From: an uncultured Bacteroidota bacterium
GTDB lineage: Bacteria > Bacteroidota > Rhodothermia > Balneolales > HLUCCA01
Assembly (NCBI GenBank): GCA_947085565.1
Contig: CAMTWZ010000009.1
Span: 22,040-86,039 of the forward strand
DNA length: 64,000 nt
Direction of reading: 5' to 3'
How positions within the stretch are numbered: the first letter of the stretch is position 1; every line of letters begins with the position of its first letter. Position numbers and translations under genes: made by a program. Under the pieces are notes generated by a model that worked only from the letters and a program-made list of their open reading frames with translations, did no database searches and was not told the DNA's origin. Below, in pieces: positions 63,932-64,000 of the stretch.

Positions 63932-64000
63932 TCAGAATTCGTACGTGGCTTTGAGGATGGGCAGAGCGATGAATCCGCCCATATCTATCGTGGTGACGGG
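63932..64000 (-). CDS. 3' end of an unidentified CDS running off the window
   Basis: Minus-strand translation ...PVTTIDMGGFIALPILKATYEF then TGA (63932-63934). A C-terminal aromatic residue fits an outer-membrane beta-barrel, but 22 aa is too little to call. Confidence 0.25.
   Translation of the reverse strand, partial: PVTTIDMGGFIALPILKATYEF

Noticed and set aside
1-64000. Search for mobile elements, prophage genes, toxin-antitoxin pairs, tRNA/rRNA/tmRNA and riboswitches
   Set aside because: I recognised no integrase, transposase, phage structural or cas genes. The spacers are short (the largest are about 200-290 nt) and show no cloverleaf or known riboswitch cores by eye. A proper scan with tRNAscan-SE and Infernal would be needed to exclude small RNAs.

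Overview
A 64-kb chromosomal window that appears to come from an FCB-superphylum bacterium (Bacteroidota/Chlorobi/Ignavibacteria-like). That placement is inferred from a T9SS C-terminal sorting domain, a DUF4296 lipoprotein, a BshB1-type deacetylase, a b558-type SdhC and many start codons without a Shine-Dalgarno sequence. I recognise about 60 intact, tightly packed CDS with many 1-4 nt start/stop overlaps. Most are housekeeping genes: fbaB, dusB, dps, serS, leuS, potABCD, trkAH, pgk, a cysteine desulfurase, dnaG, sucD, fbp, udk, coaX, recQ, sdhCAB, purD, tpiA and gatB. I saw no rRNA, tRNA, CRISPR array, transposase, integrase or phage gene. Five things stand out. (1) At 14.0-19.8 kb there is a five-gene cluster: an ECF-like sigma factor, a small lipoprotein made of two 19-aa repeats, a 1064-aa exported TPR-CHAT (caspase-fold) protein, an anti-sigma-like membrane protein and an orphan receiver. 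Both outward-facing transcription units carry the same promoter-like motif. This is my best candidate for an undescribed system. (2) At 55.0-58.3 kb there is a translationally coupled operon of a C39-like peptidase, a RimK-like ATP-grasp ligase and a GCS2 ligase. (3) At 42.7-45.9 kb an orphan 794-aa coiled-coil/P-loop/wHTH protein abuts an MscS channel gene. (4) At 7.9-9.7 kb there is a LuxC/LuxE-like pair. (5) There are two dispersed repeat families: a roughly 95-bp palindromic element in two copies, and tandem heptanucleotide arrays (GTAGACC type and others) in several promoter regions and once inside a coding sequence. All product calls come from motif recognition by eye, with no BLAST or HMM search. 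Several starts are refined relative to the ORF track, which uses the longest ORFs and alternative start codons.
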